NCBI GenBank assembly: GCA_964187785.1
Contig: OZ076409.1
Span: 24,802,001 to 24,866,000, forward strand
DNA from: Amphiscolops sp. MND2022
Taxonomy: Eukaryota
Direction: 5' to 3'
DNA length: 64,000 bases
The translations under genes were made by a program, and so were the position numbers. Below the pieces are notes generated by a model, which worked only from the letters and a program-made list of their open reading frames with translations, was not told where the DNA came from and made no database searches. Position 1 is the stretch's first letter; every line of letters starts with the position of its first letter. Below, piece by piece: positions 48,401 through 59,942 of this stretch.

Positions 48401-51400
48401 CCCATTTGCTAGATACAATACTATAACATACAGTAAAATAAAATAACATGAAAGATACAACAGTTTCAAATAAATGTGAACAAAGTACAGGCGTTAAACA
48501 CCAATTTCTGGACTAGCAGGCCGCTCCCCGTTTATGCTGTACCCCAAGTTTGAATATAAGCGCAGTCTATAATCTTCGCCAGCCACAACCCCAATGTCGT
48601 CCCACAACATACTTTCGGTCAGCTCGTTGAGATCGACTAAGCGCCGGTGTGACTCTGCAACTTCGTCTAGAAGAGGACCACTCACACTTTCATAGCTCCG
48701 AATACTGCTGGAAGAAAGATAGCTCACGATAATGGCACATACACCACTCGTTACGTCGCTGCTTAAATGGCCAACTCCGTCACACAACAAAGTATTGTTA
48801 CTCTGAATGCCTCAGTCCAAGCAAAATATACTTCGCAATAAATTCTGGGCACCTCGATTAGTACAATAGCACAGGAGGTCCAACACCGACAGATTCATCG
48901 CACTTCCGGTCGCCCCAGAACCACGTCGATAGTAACTGATGAATTCCAGGAAGCCACGTTCCATGTGTCCTTGCTCTGCATACGAGATTCGGCATAACTC
49001 AACAAGAAGATCCGTAAATACCCGGATTTCGGCCAACAGGACATCTTCAGGAACAATATTGAGACTTGGGAGACTGAACACACTCCGAACAAAGGACACA
49101 TCATCCCGGACTCCTGGCAATGCGCTGACATTTTTCATGACAGTCAAAATGAAGACTGGCACTCGGGACATATCTTCATCATAAAGACATCCGCCCACAT
49201 CCACTTCATTATTGGCAAGAAAACTGTCAATCAGGACTTGTTGTTTAACCTCGGAGATGGCATAACTCTCCACGTCCACGAACAACCAGGAACGCGTATC
49301 CGATGCTGCTGGCAATCGGTCATCATCAACCAGAGTCGACATCAGTTCTCTTATGAAACTGGCACTTTCCACCGCCCAGTAACAACTGCGTACTGAAGAG
49401 GCACCAAAACTCTTCTCGTAGGAATTCACCACTGAAACATTAAGGTACAATAAATTCCACATGCAACTTGTATGACCACCCCCCCCTCACACCAACGAAA
49501 ATAACAACCCCACAATAGCCCATCTAGAAGTGACCCGACAAGACTCCAGCAGGAATATAACAATTACTAACGAGCACGGTAAACTAGACTGAGCGCCTGT
49601 AGCCTGATTGGAATCCCAATCTCTGCTCGCAAGGTCAGGTCAAGTGTGTCCAATGGTCCATCTCCACTGGTAAATCGCAACAGACACACAATGTCAGCCC
49701 AGTTACTCCTCAATTCCTCGCACACATCAGCGAGCGTCCACACAAATACCTCACCAGAAAGAATCGCCTAAATTGTAAATAACATCGTATTAATTAACTG
49801 CATACATTATGAAGTTCACTACAAATCCCCCCTTCAACACTCCGTTCACACATTACTACACATAGATACCATCACATCAGGAAATCATACGTACTTGCAG
49901 CAAATGCGGACACGCCAACAGCAAAGGATCCTTCACGAATCCTTTCAAGCGCTTCTGAAGATGGTTAAGAACCACATGGATATCAGTCCCACCAAGCACT
50001 TGACCAGCCACATCCACGATCGTCCGACTGACATCCGACAACGTGAAGGGTTTTACGTCCACGAGGCCAACCCCAGTGGTGCTTCGGAACAGTCCACTCA
50101 GCTGCGGCAACGCATCACAGCACAGTCCAAGTGGAACAGGCTCTCCGAGCATGCAACACCACATGTTTACCAGCCAAGTGATCACTCGACCCTCCTAGTC
50201 ACGAGCCAGATTAAAGCAGAAGACAGTGTAGTGACTAACTCCGTCCATGCCACACACTGCGACCGTACCAGTCACTCGCCCACCAGTCACTGTCAGATGG
50301 AAACTGCTGTACTCACTATTGCTCCAGATGGTAATCAGTCTCCGCATTACGTACGGCCACAAGCCAAGCAGAACAACGCTCTAAAATCAACATAAGGTCT
50401 TTCGAAACCATACATCATAATATTATACCGCCCCCCCACCCTCCATTTCAATAGTAAACAATAGAAAATCCATACTAAATCGAACGTAACAGAAAACGCA
50501 AAATCAAATTTCTCACCATCACGTCGGACAACGCGCAAGTTGCCCCAAACAAGACCGCATGTTGGGGATCCGACGACACCAGCACTTCCCACAAATTAGC
50601 AACTCCACTAAATTGACAATCGCGGTACAGAGCGTCGACCACGAAGCATACAAACAAGCGCACAGTTTTTTCTGGCCAGTCTTCCCCCTCTTCGTCTTCC
50701 GCCCACACTGGCTGCCCAGCCCCCTCCAGTTCTAATACTTCCAAAACACTGAGTGACGGACAAGTCTCAATGAAGGGTACAATCACCCCACCTAAGTTCG
50801 CACGACACTCGGGGCTCTCTTCATTCGTCATGAGCGTTCCATCACGTCGCCGCAACGGAAGCCCACGGTGTACACGGATCACACAATCCTGACGGTGATG
50901 ACGCAGTCCTCGGCAATGTTCCATAAAGGTGGTAATGCCTCGGCTGCCCACCTTAACGTCTCTCTTGCACATTAGGCATCACACATAGGACATGCGCGAC
51001 TCGTGATTGCGTGCATATCCTAGCGCCAGACCGCAGTATGGATGATCAAACCATCCGGACTTGATCACCTTCTTTCCTGATAATCACAACAAAACACTAA
51101 AAACAAAAGTAACATCATTACAAATCATCATAGACAACGACTAAAATCATCTGTCACACATCCGCAAAATCGAAAAATGCAAAAGTAAAACGTAAAAATC
51201 AAAAACGTTCACCCGGAGTGATGAAAACATGATGTAAAATAATATTTTCATTGGAAATATAAGCGAAAACGAAGAAAAAACTTAACGATGAAAAAGAGAT
51301 GTAAACTGAAAAGAAAACGACGAAAAATAGCTAAAAGACGGGCGAAAAAATTTAAGGATGTAAAAGAGATGGAAAGTTCTAAAAAATGACCAGAAAAGAA

Positions 51401-54400
51401 AAACGCTATATTCAAGACTTTTGACGATGATAAAATGATGAAAAATAGAAAATCGCAGGAAACTAAATAACGAGAAACGGTAAACGATGGAAAATAGATG
51501 AATGCAAGCGGAAAAGAAGAAGGACGTAAAAAACGCTAGTGAAAGTGTAAACGAAAAGAGAAAAGAATAAAAGCTACCGATCAGATACTTCACAGGGTTA
51601 AAGCTGTTTAGGTAACCTGGTAAGCGAGACGCAATGGGCTCGTCGTCGGAGTCCACCGGACTGGGTCCCATGGGAGACGTCTCAGCAGACACAGGAACCA
51701 GACCGGGAACAGCACCTTCCGGAGCAGGCTTAGCGGACAGAGGATCACCAGCAGGGACATCCTCGACTGCCTCAAGAAGGAGCTCAGTGCTGTCAGTTGA
51801 TGGCACGTCAGACTGCTCAACGTCAGCCTCCACAGTTTCAGGGACGCTAGCAGCTGGCGAAGAGGGAGCAGCCGAAAGAGTTTCCACAGGAGGATCGTAA
51901 TCCGTGGAAGTCTCGCCAGTTTCCACAACGGCCTGAACGGACTGGTCAACAACAGCCACGCAGGCATCGACTGCCACATCCACAGGAGTGACGACGACAC
52001 TGATTCCTGCGTCTACAGTGACGCGAGTAAGAGGAAGAGGACTTCTAGCCGCAGATTCACGGTCCAGAAAACGCTGAAAATTCGGCGAAAGTACGGACAC
52101 TAGAGCCTGCGCCACTGGGGAGCTAACTGCATCCAAACAGAGGACCTGGAGAAAAGAAGACATCTCCAACGGAGGAGGCGCCACTTGTGTGCCGGCATCA
52201 ATCTGGGATGCAACAAAATCACTCGTCCCTATACCCACTGAGTAGGAAATAGGACGAGGTCTTGGCGCATGGATGGGAGTCGGGCCTGAAAGAAGAAACA
52301 ATAATCAGATGACGACGATTGGAGAAGAAAGAGCGCGTACGCCGCGCGAAGAAAGAAGACCGGAGAAGAATTCATCTGAAAATCATCTTCAAAAATGGAA
52401 TTTGCAGTGAATCAGTCACGAAGGACTGTGAATGTCCATGACACATCCTAAATTCATCTTAAAAAATGAGTTACACGGGTAACCGACCGCAAAGGGCACT
52501 ACATGAAGATGAGATGTTTATATCGGAATCACATCGGAGTGTCCGGACGATGCCCTAATGTAGATGGAAAATGAAAACGTGGTGCCAACTCACTGTATTG
52601 TTGAATGCTGTCTCGCAGCATGTCCTGCATGTGGCGGTCGTACCACCCGAAAGTGATACTCCCGAGAGAGGCATACCAAGGGTAGTGATCTAAACATCAA
52701 ACGGAAAGAGTCTGCGTCTGAATAAATCAGAGATGAGGAACGAAGGGATTTGTAGACTGAATTGAAGATCTGGGAGGATAGAACTTACACTGCGGAAGGT
52801 ATGGGACATTAGGACCCTGACCGAGCTGCTGATCAGGATTAAACTGGAGTTCAGGTGCTGCTTGCTGAATTACTGGAGACTCTTGGGGCGGCAGGGTCTG
52901 AAGATTGGTCAACTCGGAGATGATACCGACAGAATGGACTGAGTCCGCTAAAGGCAAGACGTACTTTCAATACCTAATTGTCCCTAACCCGTTTTTGAAG
53001 AAAACAAAATTAGTGCACTTACCTTCTGTGGCCTCGGTCTCAGGTAATGAATAGATGGAGTGAATGTCAGACATCGTGTAGGATTGCAAAACAAACAATC
53101 TGAAAAGGAACGGAAGAGAGTGAAGAAAGGAACGAAATCGAAGAATCTGAAGACAGGAATTTGATCAGTAATTAAATGGCCTGATCAACCATGATTGCGG
53201 GATACAAACTCACGTGAAAAATCAAAGAGCGCGAATGCAGCTTGAGTGCCAGGACAAACCAAATACTTGAATTCAGAAGATGAAAAATCGATGAAAACTC
53301 TCCTATTTCAATGACTGACTACACTTTTCTTCCCAGTTACAACCAACGCAAATTTTCTCTGAAAATGGATCGCCCTCTCCTAGAATTCGACTACAAAAGC
53401 TTCAAGTATTTGATTTGATGACAGCTGCCAGTCTCAGATCAATGCCGATGAAGTTGAGCGGAAAACGCGCAAAAGAAATCGTGGCGATTTTCAAACCGAC
53501 ATAACTAGAGATGATTCATGGATGAGAATGTTTGCTGACGACCGGTTGGATTTCCTCCAGTTCAGAAATTTCAGTTTTCAGCCAATCAGATTTAGCAGTG
53601 ATTGATATGGCAACAGTTCATCTCTCTCTCATCGCTGAGAAGTCAGACAGCGGAAGTAGCTTCAACGGTTGCTATGACAACAATTCATCTCTTTCCTATC
53701 GCGAAAACTGATAATAGAGCAACGGCGCCAGTCGTCTGCTAAATCAACATCGATGTCTCGCTGTGTAAACAATTCATCGTTCATTCATCCCTGACTCGCT
53801 GCCACCTTATCAATAAAGCTAGTCGAATTGTTTGTTCAGTGTAGGCGTTTTTGGAGGGAAACTTTTCTCCGAGAAATCAGCTTCTACCGAAAATAACCAG
53901 CCGAAACTCCCATCAAAAGCATGACAACCAATAAAATGCAGATCAGCGGACATTCGATGGGCCAAGAACTAGAGTTGCCGCGTCGAAAAAAGTTAACCGA
54001 AATCACCCAGCATGAAGCCAGATATGACGATTGCCGAAGGTCCTCTTCTCAGAGAAGTTTTACATAGGACAGAACAAACGAAGGACATACCAATTCAGAA
54101 CTAACGAAGGTCATTTTCTCCCCAACCGAACGAAGGAAGCAGTCGAAGCCAACGCCGAGACAACCATCCTCTGCACATTTGGCCCTTGCACTCTCAATCC
54201 AAATCCCACCCCGGGGAGTGTCATGCCAGAATGATGGGAATATAATCTACTAAATATCTGTAATAAAAATATTATGTCTTATGTACTTAGATATGGGCAA
54301 TATGATGTCATATAATAAGAGCCATGGTTGTGAGCAACCCTACGTTACTTATACTTAATCCCCATTTCCCCCATGAGTTCGAGTTATATATATTTACTTA

Positions 54401-57400
54401 ATACTGAGCGCTCTAGTTCCGGTGTCCGCATAAATGATCTTGCTAAATAGTCTCGAATGTGCTATATTTCATAAATATTGGTTTGTCACGACAAGGGAGA
54501 GAAGTTTTTCGGGTCAAACTGGACCGAGAGATACAAGAGAGACGAAATGTTAACTTCTACTAGCTCCCCGCCTCAGGACTTGTAGTCGTGACAACACTTT
54601 CATGAAGTTCATCGCTAGTCCATCAGCGGATTTAACGATGAACCCGAATTGACTGATAAATTCATTAGATCCATCAGCGGATTTAATTTGGAGCTATTTT
54701 GAATGAAGTTCATCGCAATTTCATCTCCGGAATTGCAGATGAACAACGATTGGGACGTTAAACTGACTTTTCACCACTAATCCATCAGCGGATTTTATGG
54801 GACCTTATTTTAGTAATTTCATCTTAAATTCATCGTTGTATTTCATGTAAAGAAATTTCAATGTGCTTCTCATTTCTTAAAGGACAGTAGCACATCCCCT
54901 ATTCATCTCTCACTAGCATAGAAGGGAAATGAGAAAGTACATCATTAATCCATCCTAAAAGAGAGTGAAAGTGCTGGTTATCTGATTTGCTTAGTAAACC
55001 CATCCTTAAATCATCTTGATTTCGTTCGTGCTGAAAATTGACCATTTTAGTGGATGAGTTCATCCTAAACTCATCGCTAAATTGAATTGCCTTAGTATTC
55101 GGTGTTTTAAGTGGTGAGTTCATCCTAAACTCATCGCCAATTTGTATTGCTTTGGTATTTGCTGTTTTAACTGACAAGTTCATCTTAAACCCATCGCCAA
55201 AAATTCACTTGTGCTAGAATTAGCGTTTATCGACTGAATTCATCCCGAATTCATCGTCATTTTAATCTGTGCTGGAAATTGGCAAATTATACGTGGAGTT
55301 CATCCTTTTATCATCGTCAGTTTAAATTGTGTTGATTTTCGAGCGAGAAAGACCACCATTCATCGCATTTTCATCCAGAGCTAAACTAGACTTGAAAATC
55401 AACAAATATTCTTACAAGTTCATCGCATTTCCATCTTCAATTTTTAAATCATTGGTTTTGGCGCTAGAATCAGCGGAAAACATCGTTTTCCCATCCCGAA
55501 TTGTGCTTTATCTTAAATTGACTTGAAATTAGTGCGTTATTGAATGATTTGAGCTCATTTTAGTTGTTATAGAAACCATGATGCTACGTGCAGGCAATTG
55601 CGACATTGTAAATTGATGACTAAACACCATTAACATATGTAGATGTACCATGATGCGTGGCCACTTTGCGGCAGTTCACAACACCGGTCACGTGACTTAC
55701 CATTTTAACACCAGCTGGTAACAGCCAATGAGAGAAGGTTGGTAAGAGATTTAGCGTCTTACCAACCGAAAAGACACGTGAACTGCTGTAATTTGGACCG
55801 CCATTAGCGATTACTCAGACCGAATTGCGACAAGCTACCATCCAGTTGAATAGTTCACGACAAAAATCTACTTGAAAATATATCTCTATTTCATCTTCAG
55901 AAACTATAGAACTGAAACTGAGTAATTTCCTTGGTGCATCTACGACTGCGATGAAAATTGGATGAACTTTCCTAACTACCTTGCTAATTTCCTTCTTCTC
56001 ACCTAACGACTTACTTGCTTGTACGACTTCATCTCTAAAACATCTCAGTTCAGATTAGTGAATTTGAGATCGAATAGCCATTTAAATCAGTAAAGTACAT
56101 CGAAACAGCATCTCAGATAATCCAGTCTTCACTCATAATTCTTTTCTCTCGACTACATGAACCCAGATCAAGGTACCGAATTTAGAAGCGGTAGAGTCAT
56201 AAATTCTTCGTCAGAAACATCTTCTCCAACAGATCCAAACATGGCTCAGGCAAACTCAAATGATTCTGACACCAACGACAATTCAGATATCTCTTCTCAA
56301 TTATCTGAAATAAAAGAAAGTTATGAACGCCGAATTAACGAGTTACACCAGGAGTTTAGTCAACTGAAGGACTTAATGATGGCGATTGTAAGCAAGGACA
56401 ATAACGAATCTCAGCCGTCTAGCTCAAAAGGTCCTTCAAAGCCGGCCCAACAGCATGGGTTCGACAATCGTTGACTATAGATCTAGTATAATAATGTAAT
56501 ATAGTATAATATAATGTAATTACGAATCAAGCGAAGGCTCAGAAAACATTTTCCAAGAAGATGATCAATTGATGACTACGATTTTTAATGATTTTTTTGC
56601 ATGTAATTATTATGCAAAATGAAGTGTTCCAAGATTTTGATATACAAACGGTAAAATTGAACCCCTCTATAGCTATGTCTCATTCAAAAACTGAACCTAG
56701 TTTCCCTTTCATCCCTACAATTGCCAAAATTTACACGAGTCAAAAAGTCCGGAGAAGCCTGAAATTTGTATTTCAAATTTCTGAATTGAACAGACTTCAC
56801 TTTAGATTTTTTTTTGCATATTCTTTTATTATTATTTGATCATTTTATACACTACATTTAGACTATAAAGTAAAAATGGAGTCGTCTTTTATCAAAAAGA
56901 GGTTCAAGATTAGCGGCTTCTTTGTAAGAGGGGTCATGTCACATGTTATTCGCATGATTTATAAATCTCTCTGCCCCGAAAACATTAACGTTCTGTCACT
57001 TCACAATGCCCTTGCTTTTACCGCTAAGTCATTGCACTTAGCTCAAATTATCCCCTATCGATCGGCCCGTGGTGTTAAAGAACCTTTTTTGTGTAACTGT
57101 TGTGTGTAGTATTTAAATTGGCGTTAACACTGTTAAATTCCCTTTATTGTAGCACAGCTGTATGACCAAAAAAGGAAATAAAAGCGGCGAACCTGCATTG
57201 TAACTGTGAGTGTGTCATCTTTTTTAAGGGTGACAAATAAACAAAGCTCCTCTTTGGGACCAATTATAGGTGTGAAGTGTCGGGATCTGAATTTGGGCCG
57301 TAAGGCATCGTCCCTCATGCCATAATCTACATAATCGTAATCTAGAGGGGTCTTAATCTCGGGTTTTCCGCCTTCTTTGCCTTCGTTTGCTTGAACTAAG

Positions 57401-57615
57401 GAATGGGAAAATAGGGCGTCTCCTAAGCAAGCTAAGAATAATATAAAAATATATAATTTGGTCGAAACTGCGAAAGAAGCATGTTTGCTCAAAGATATGC
57501 TATTGGTAGATTTTTGGATCCCTGATTGATTCGAAGATGTAGGTTTTGACGGTAGGAGTAACGAACTTGATCGATCCATTTTTTTGTCGAGATTCGGGTC
57601 AAGTTTTCGAACCAT
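24442..57615 (-). CDS. p24/TMED (emp24/gp25L) GOLD-domain cargo receptor; exons 57615 (or 57579)-57193, 26331-26211, 25705-25476, 24690-24442; intron 1 is 30,861 bp
   Basis: Hydrophobic signal-like segment, then GOLD motifs FTPIIGPKEELCLF...MQ|VLRGGDNKI...G|QYEVCLNNKF...KVVSIDL, a coiled region, and VNIWS-TM-IKRMF tail. Junction phases 0/1/0 match. Exact paralogue not assigned. Confidence 0.85.
26368..26925 (-). mobile_element. HINE-like element, reverse orientation
   Basis: AACAAGCCGGGAACGGC at left and ACGCCGACTAAAAA at right. Confidence 0.7.
28641..29597 (-). mobile_element. Diverged HINE-like element, reverse orientation
   Basis: AACAAAACGGAACGTCTAAAGTCGGCG at left and ACGCCGACCAAAAA at right. 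Confidence 0.6.
30960..36828 (-). mobile_element. Old degenerate Ty3/gypsy element (Mag-like) with short LTRs at 36656-36828 (5') and 30960-31144 (3')
   Basis: TG...CA LTR pair, GTAAG duplication at 30955-30959 and 36829-36833, purine tract at 31145-31155. Fragmented gag (WDKW, double Zn knuckle), RT (IALDARALN), RNase H (ADYLSR) and integrase (GNGKIERLIRT). Confidence 0.9.
31247..31865 (+). mobile_element. HINE-like element nested in the 3' UTR of the old gypsy element
   Basis: TTTTTAGTTGGCGC 5' end and GTGCCGACTTTAGACGTTCCGTCTTGTT 3' end. Confidence 0.75.
38047..38602. repeat. Array of ten CATC-N7-CATC units at about 60-bp period in the LTR (copied at about 54940-55495)
   Basis: Units start at 38047, 38108, 38168, 38228, 38288, 38348 (CACC variant here, CATC in the 3' LTR), 38408, 38468, 38528, 38588. 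Intervening sequence mostly diverges. Confidence 0.9.
38794..38874 (+). promoter_or_regulatory. Candidate LTR promoter: E-box palindrome, CCAAT box and 11-bp hairpin
   Basis: GTCACGTGAC 38794-38803; CCAAT 38832-38836; GGTTGGTAAGA-N9-TCTTACCAACC 38844-38874. Function is inferred. Confidence 0.45.
39264..40769 (+). pseudogene. gag: gag starting inside the 5' LTR; premature TAA at 39432-39434
   Basis: ATG 39264 is in frame with ORF 39483-40769. The 3' LTR copy has GAA at the stop position. Two CCHC knuckles, CFYCGKTGHRKTEC and CQICGYTGHSARDC. Confidence 0.9.
39574..39586 (+). other. Primer-binding site TGGTGACAGGAGT (tRNA-Leu-like)
   Basis: Immediately follows the LTR-terminal CA. One mismatch to the complement of the common metazoan tRNA-Leu(CAG) 3' end (TGGTGTCAGGAGT), recalled from memory. 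Confidence 0.7.
40766..45858 (+). pseudogene. pol: pol (protease, RT, RNase H, integrase with GPY motif), disrupted by frameshifts near 42355, 43250 and 45610 and stops at 44880 and 45246
   Basis: ALLDTSA protease site; LVDLRRIN and YVDD in RT; CD...TDNKAL...ADYLSR in RNase H; H-H-CENC zinc domain; IDIVG/LTDKG/MVERT DDE triad; WKGPYKV. Confidence 0.95.
45887..46242. repeat. Cluster of seven GATG-N7-GATG motifs just after pol
   Basis: Starts at 45887, 45957, 46019, 46077, 46126, 46186, 46228. Confidence 0.9.
47792..48174. repeat. Cluster of seven GATG-N7-GATG motifs at about 60-bp period
   Basis: Starts at 47792, 47852, 47911, 47980, 48041, 48100, 48160. Confidence 0.9.
48494..53074 (-). pseudogene. 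Spliced antisense accessory gene (~1062 codons), hAT-transposase-like with BED-type Zn finger; exons 53074-53023, 52947-52789, 52689-52594, 52285-51617, 51076-50517, 50380-49895, 49767-49572, 49523-49491, 49431-48494
   Basis: Eight GT-AG introns join into one frame. Three in-frame stops (50979, 50195, 48812), each one base from TGG. CLMCKRDVKVGSRGITTFMEHCRGLRH finger and GLWPYVMRRL...SSFHLTVT segment resemble hAT N-terminal regions. Confidence 0.7.
51220..51500. repeat. Cluster of five GATG-N7-GATG motifs inside intron 4 of the antisense gene
   Basis: Starts at 51220, 51287, 51357, 51426, 51486. Confidence 0.9.
54213..54218 (+). other. Short polypurine tract GGGGAG
   Basis: Directly precedes the TG of the 3' LTR. 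Confidence 0.6.
54219..56466 (+). repeat. 3' LTR of the giant gypsy element, containing an open copy of the gag N-terminus (from 56157)
   Basis: Direct repeat of 37326-39573, followed by ATCGT. Confidence 0.97.
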
Positions 57616-59942
57616 CTGTAATAGTTTATATCCGAACAATTAATTCCAAAGCGAATCCCCTTTTGGCTATATATTAAATGGAGTTGTTTCGTACAAGCCT
57701 TTGTTTTTAAAGTCCAACTATGTATTGTTTCTGGCGTGTGACTATTCACACATTAGTTCACGTCGCCATATGTGCTACTGCATTTGATAGATATTCGATG
57801 AACGAACAATTTTCAATTTGGCTAATCCACCATTTTTTCTCTCCGGAACACTCAAAAGCATGACGTGTCGCTCTCTCATTTGAATTTTGTTTGTGTTTTT
57901 TGCATCCCATGTTGTGAAAGTCTGCATTTCTGTTAGTATGATGTATCTAAGCGAATATTCCATGTACAGTAAAGTGAAGGACAAAACTTAATTTCGATTT
58001 TATCCTCCATATACGAATTACACGCAGTTTAAATGTATGTGCAGTTCAAGAAAGTGGTTTTCTTTACATTTGTGAGAAGATCTCAAAAGCCGCAAGAATT
58101 GAAGTATTACAAAATAAAGAAACGATGTAAGGAAATGAGCACATGTTTGCCAACTTTTATATCAATTTGTGAAGTTTCAAGATACCTTTTTGTGGATGTA
58201 AATTTATGAACATGAATGGACGTGGCTCTGAATGCGTTTTTAATTCAAAGTAGTATACATTGAATTCATTTTTTCGTTTTCATAGAATTTTCAGTCAAAA
58301 AACTTTTGTTTCAGTGAACTTTTTCAAGAGTAGGCTTTGAAAACTTCAGATTCACAAAGTTTATCCCATGTTATTTATGTATGCATGCCAAAATGTAATG
58401 ATTTGGAAAGGTTCCTCGTTTGCTCCAGCTGTCTCGACAATTCCAGAAAATTTGAGTGAAATTATAAGTTTTTTTTTGATGAAATTTCAAGCTGAAAAGT
58501 AGAGACCGGGGATCTTAACCAACCACAGTCTGGTGCTCCTGGTCGAAAATCTGTACCTGGATCATGCTCAAAAAACTACCACCGGGCTGCATGATCTCTA
58601 TGGTCCTAATGCGAGCCGGCCCGTTAAGATAACCTTCAAACTAGTAACAATTCCTAAATATAAATATTCTTGTGGGTAAGTGTGATGCGATGTATCTCTT
58701 AAGGTCTTTAAAATACAGAATAAAGATATCCACAACCAGTTTCTGTGAACTTTGTTCATAGCTGGTTGTCACGTCCGACATTTTTCTCATGGTTTGCAGT
58801 CTTTTCTTCAAACATGGTTTGCATACTATGTTCATACTATGGACATGGTCAGTGTGGAAAGGTCTTGGTATTATCATGATTACGGAAGGACTATGATCAC
58901 AGTATGGTTTCAGTATGATCATACTATGGTGAGTATGTTTGACTAACCTGGAAAACCAGATAAAACATGCATTTAAAAGCATGGAAAAGAGAAAGGATGA
59001 CCAGCAAAGGTCACATTATCAAGAATGTCCAAAATAATTGTTAAAATATTTTGAACTTTAAGCAACTTCTCAAACACTACTGGTAAAAAAATCCCTTTCT
59101 CAATTATTTTTGTAGCCGTCACGCCGTCCTTTTTTACGCATTTACAGTTTTACGTTTTACACATTTACTGAAAATGCTTTCTTGAAGAATTAAAAGCCAA
59201 GATTTTTGTAATTTGTTCGAAACGAAAATTTTGCATACTAAAAGTTGAAGGTAACATTTTATGACAAAGGTTGCGGTGTAAATTTATAAGCAGGGCGTTT
59301 TCAGCAGAATTTTATCGTCAAAAGTTGAAAATGTAAATCAAAGACACTCTGGAATTCTTAAACTTTGCCGTTTTGATAAAAATCCCATTGCTTCCAACTA
59401 GAGAGCTAGAAGCAAGTTGAGTCTCGCAGAGACACGATTTTTTCTTGAAAATTACGTTGTCGCTAGCTCAGAATAGATTTTGTGATAACTGATTTGGCTG
59501 AAAATGGAGCCTCAGCAAGATTGAATTGTGCCTAACATAACTGGCTTATTCGCTGATTCGATTGTGGTCGTATCCTTTTATTAGGAATTGGAGATGTAAA
59601 TTGTGAACACATTCGACTGGTTGTTATACCTATCCTTTTATATTAAAATGAATTATTGCAAGCTCGTCTCTCGGTCGATACTCCTGACCCGATAGAGCAA
59701 AACCTGGAGAAAGAATTTGACAGTAACTACAAAAGAATTCACTAACTCATCAAAACAACTTTTTCTCTCCTTTTTTCTGTCAAGTAAAAGTCTCTGCAAT
59801 CTCCCGATATCAGCTTTTTTGTGATACAAAGGTTGTTGCAGATATTTTTCTGTTACGAACAGCGGCTTTCGAGATATTGCATTGTAAATTTTATAGAATG
59901 CTAAAAGTCGAAAATGAGCGAAGTGGTATTTGTAGCTTTTGC

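Larger units (their letters stand above)
37326..56466 (+). mobile_element. Giant (19,141-bp) Ty3/gypsy LTR retrotransposon, full length but with inactivating mutations
   Basis: Two 2248-bp TGTC...GACA LTRs, ATCGT duplication (37321-37325 and 56467-56471), PBS, gag, pol in PR-RT-RH-IN order, an ~8.3-kb extra region and a short PPT. Confidence 0.97.

Noticed and set aside
48812..50981. Stop-codon recoding in the antisense gene
   Set aside because: Mixed TGA and TAG stops one base from TGG, plus other lesions in gag and pol, point to ordinary decay or sequence error.
51282..51616. Phe-rich transmembrane or env-like C-terminus of the 339-aa ORF
   Set aside because: It is read-through into a T-rich intron that holds the motif cluster. 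No env-like ORF was seen on the sense strand.
52525..52593. Alternative 39-nt intron ending the antisense gene early (RHRPDTPM*)
   Set aside because: Possible, and it would split the gene in two, but the intron is very short and the phase-matched splice to 52285 is preferred. Needs RNA data.
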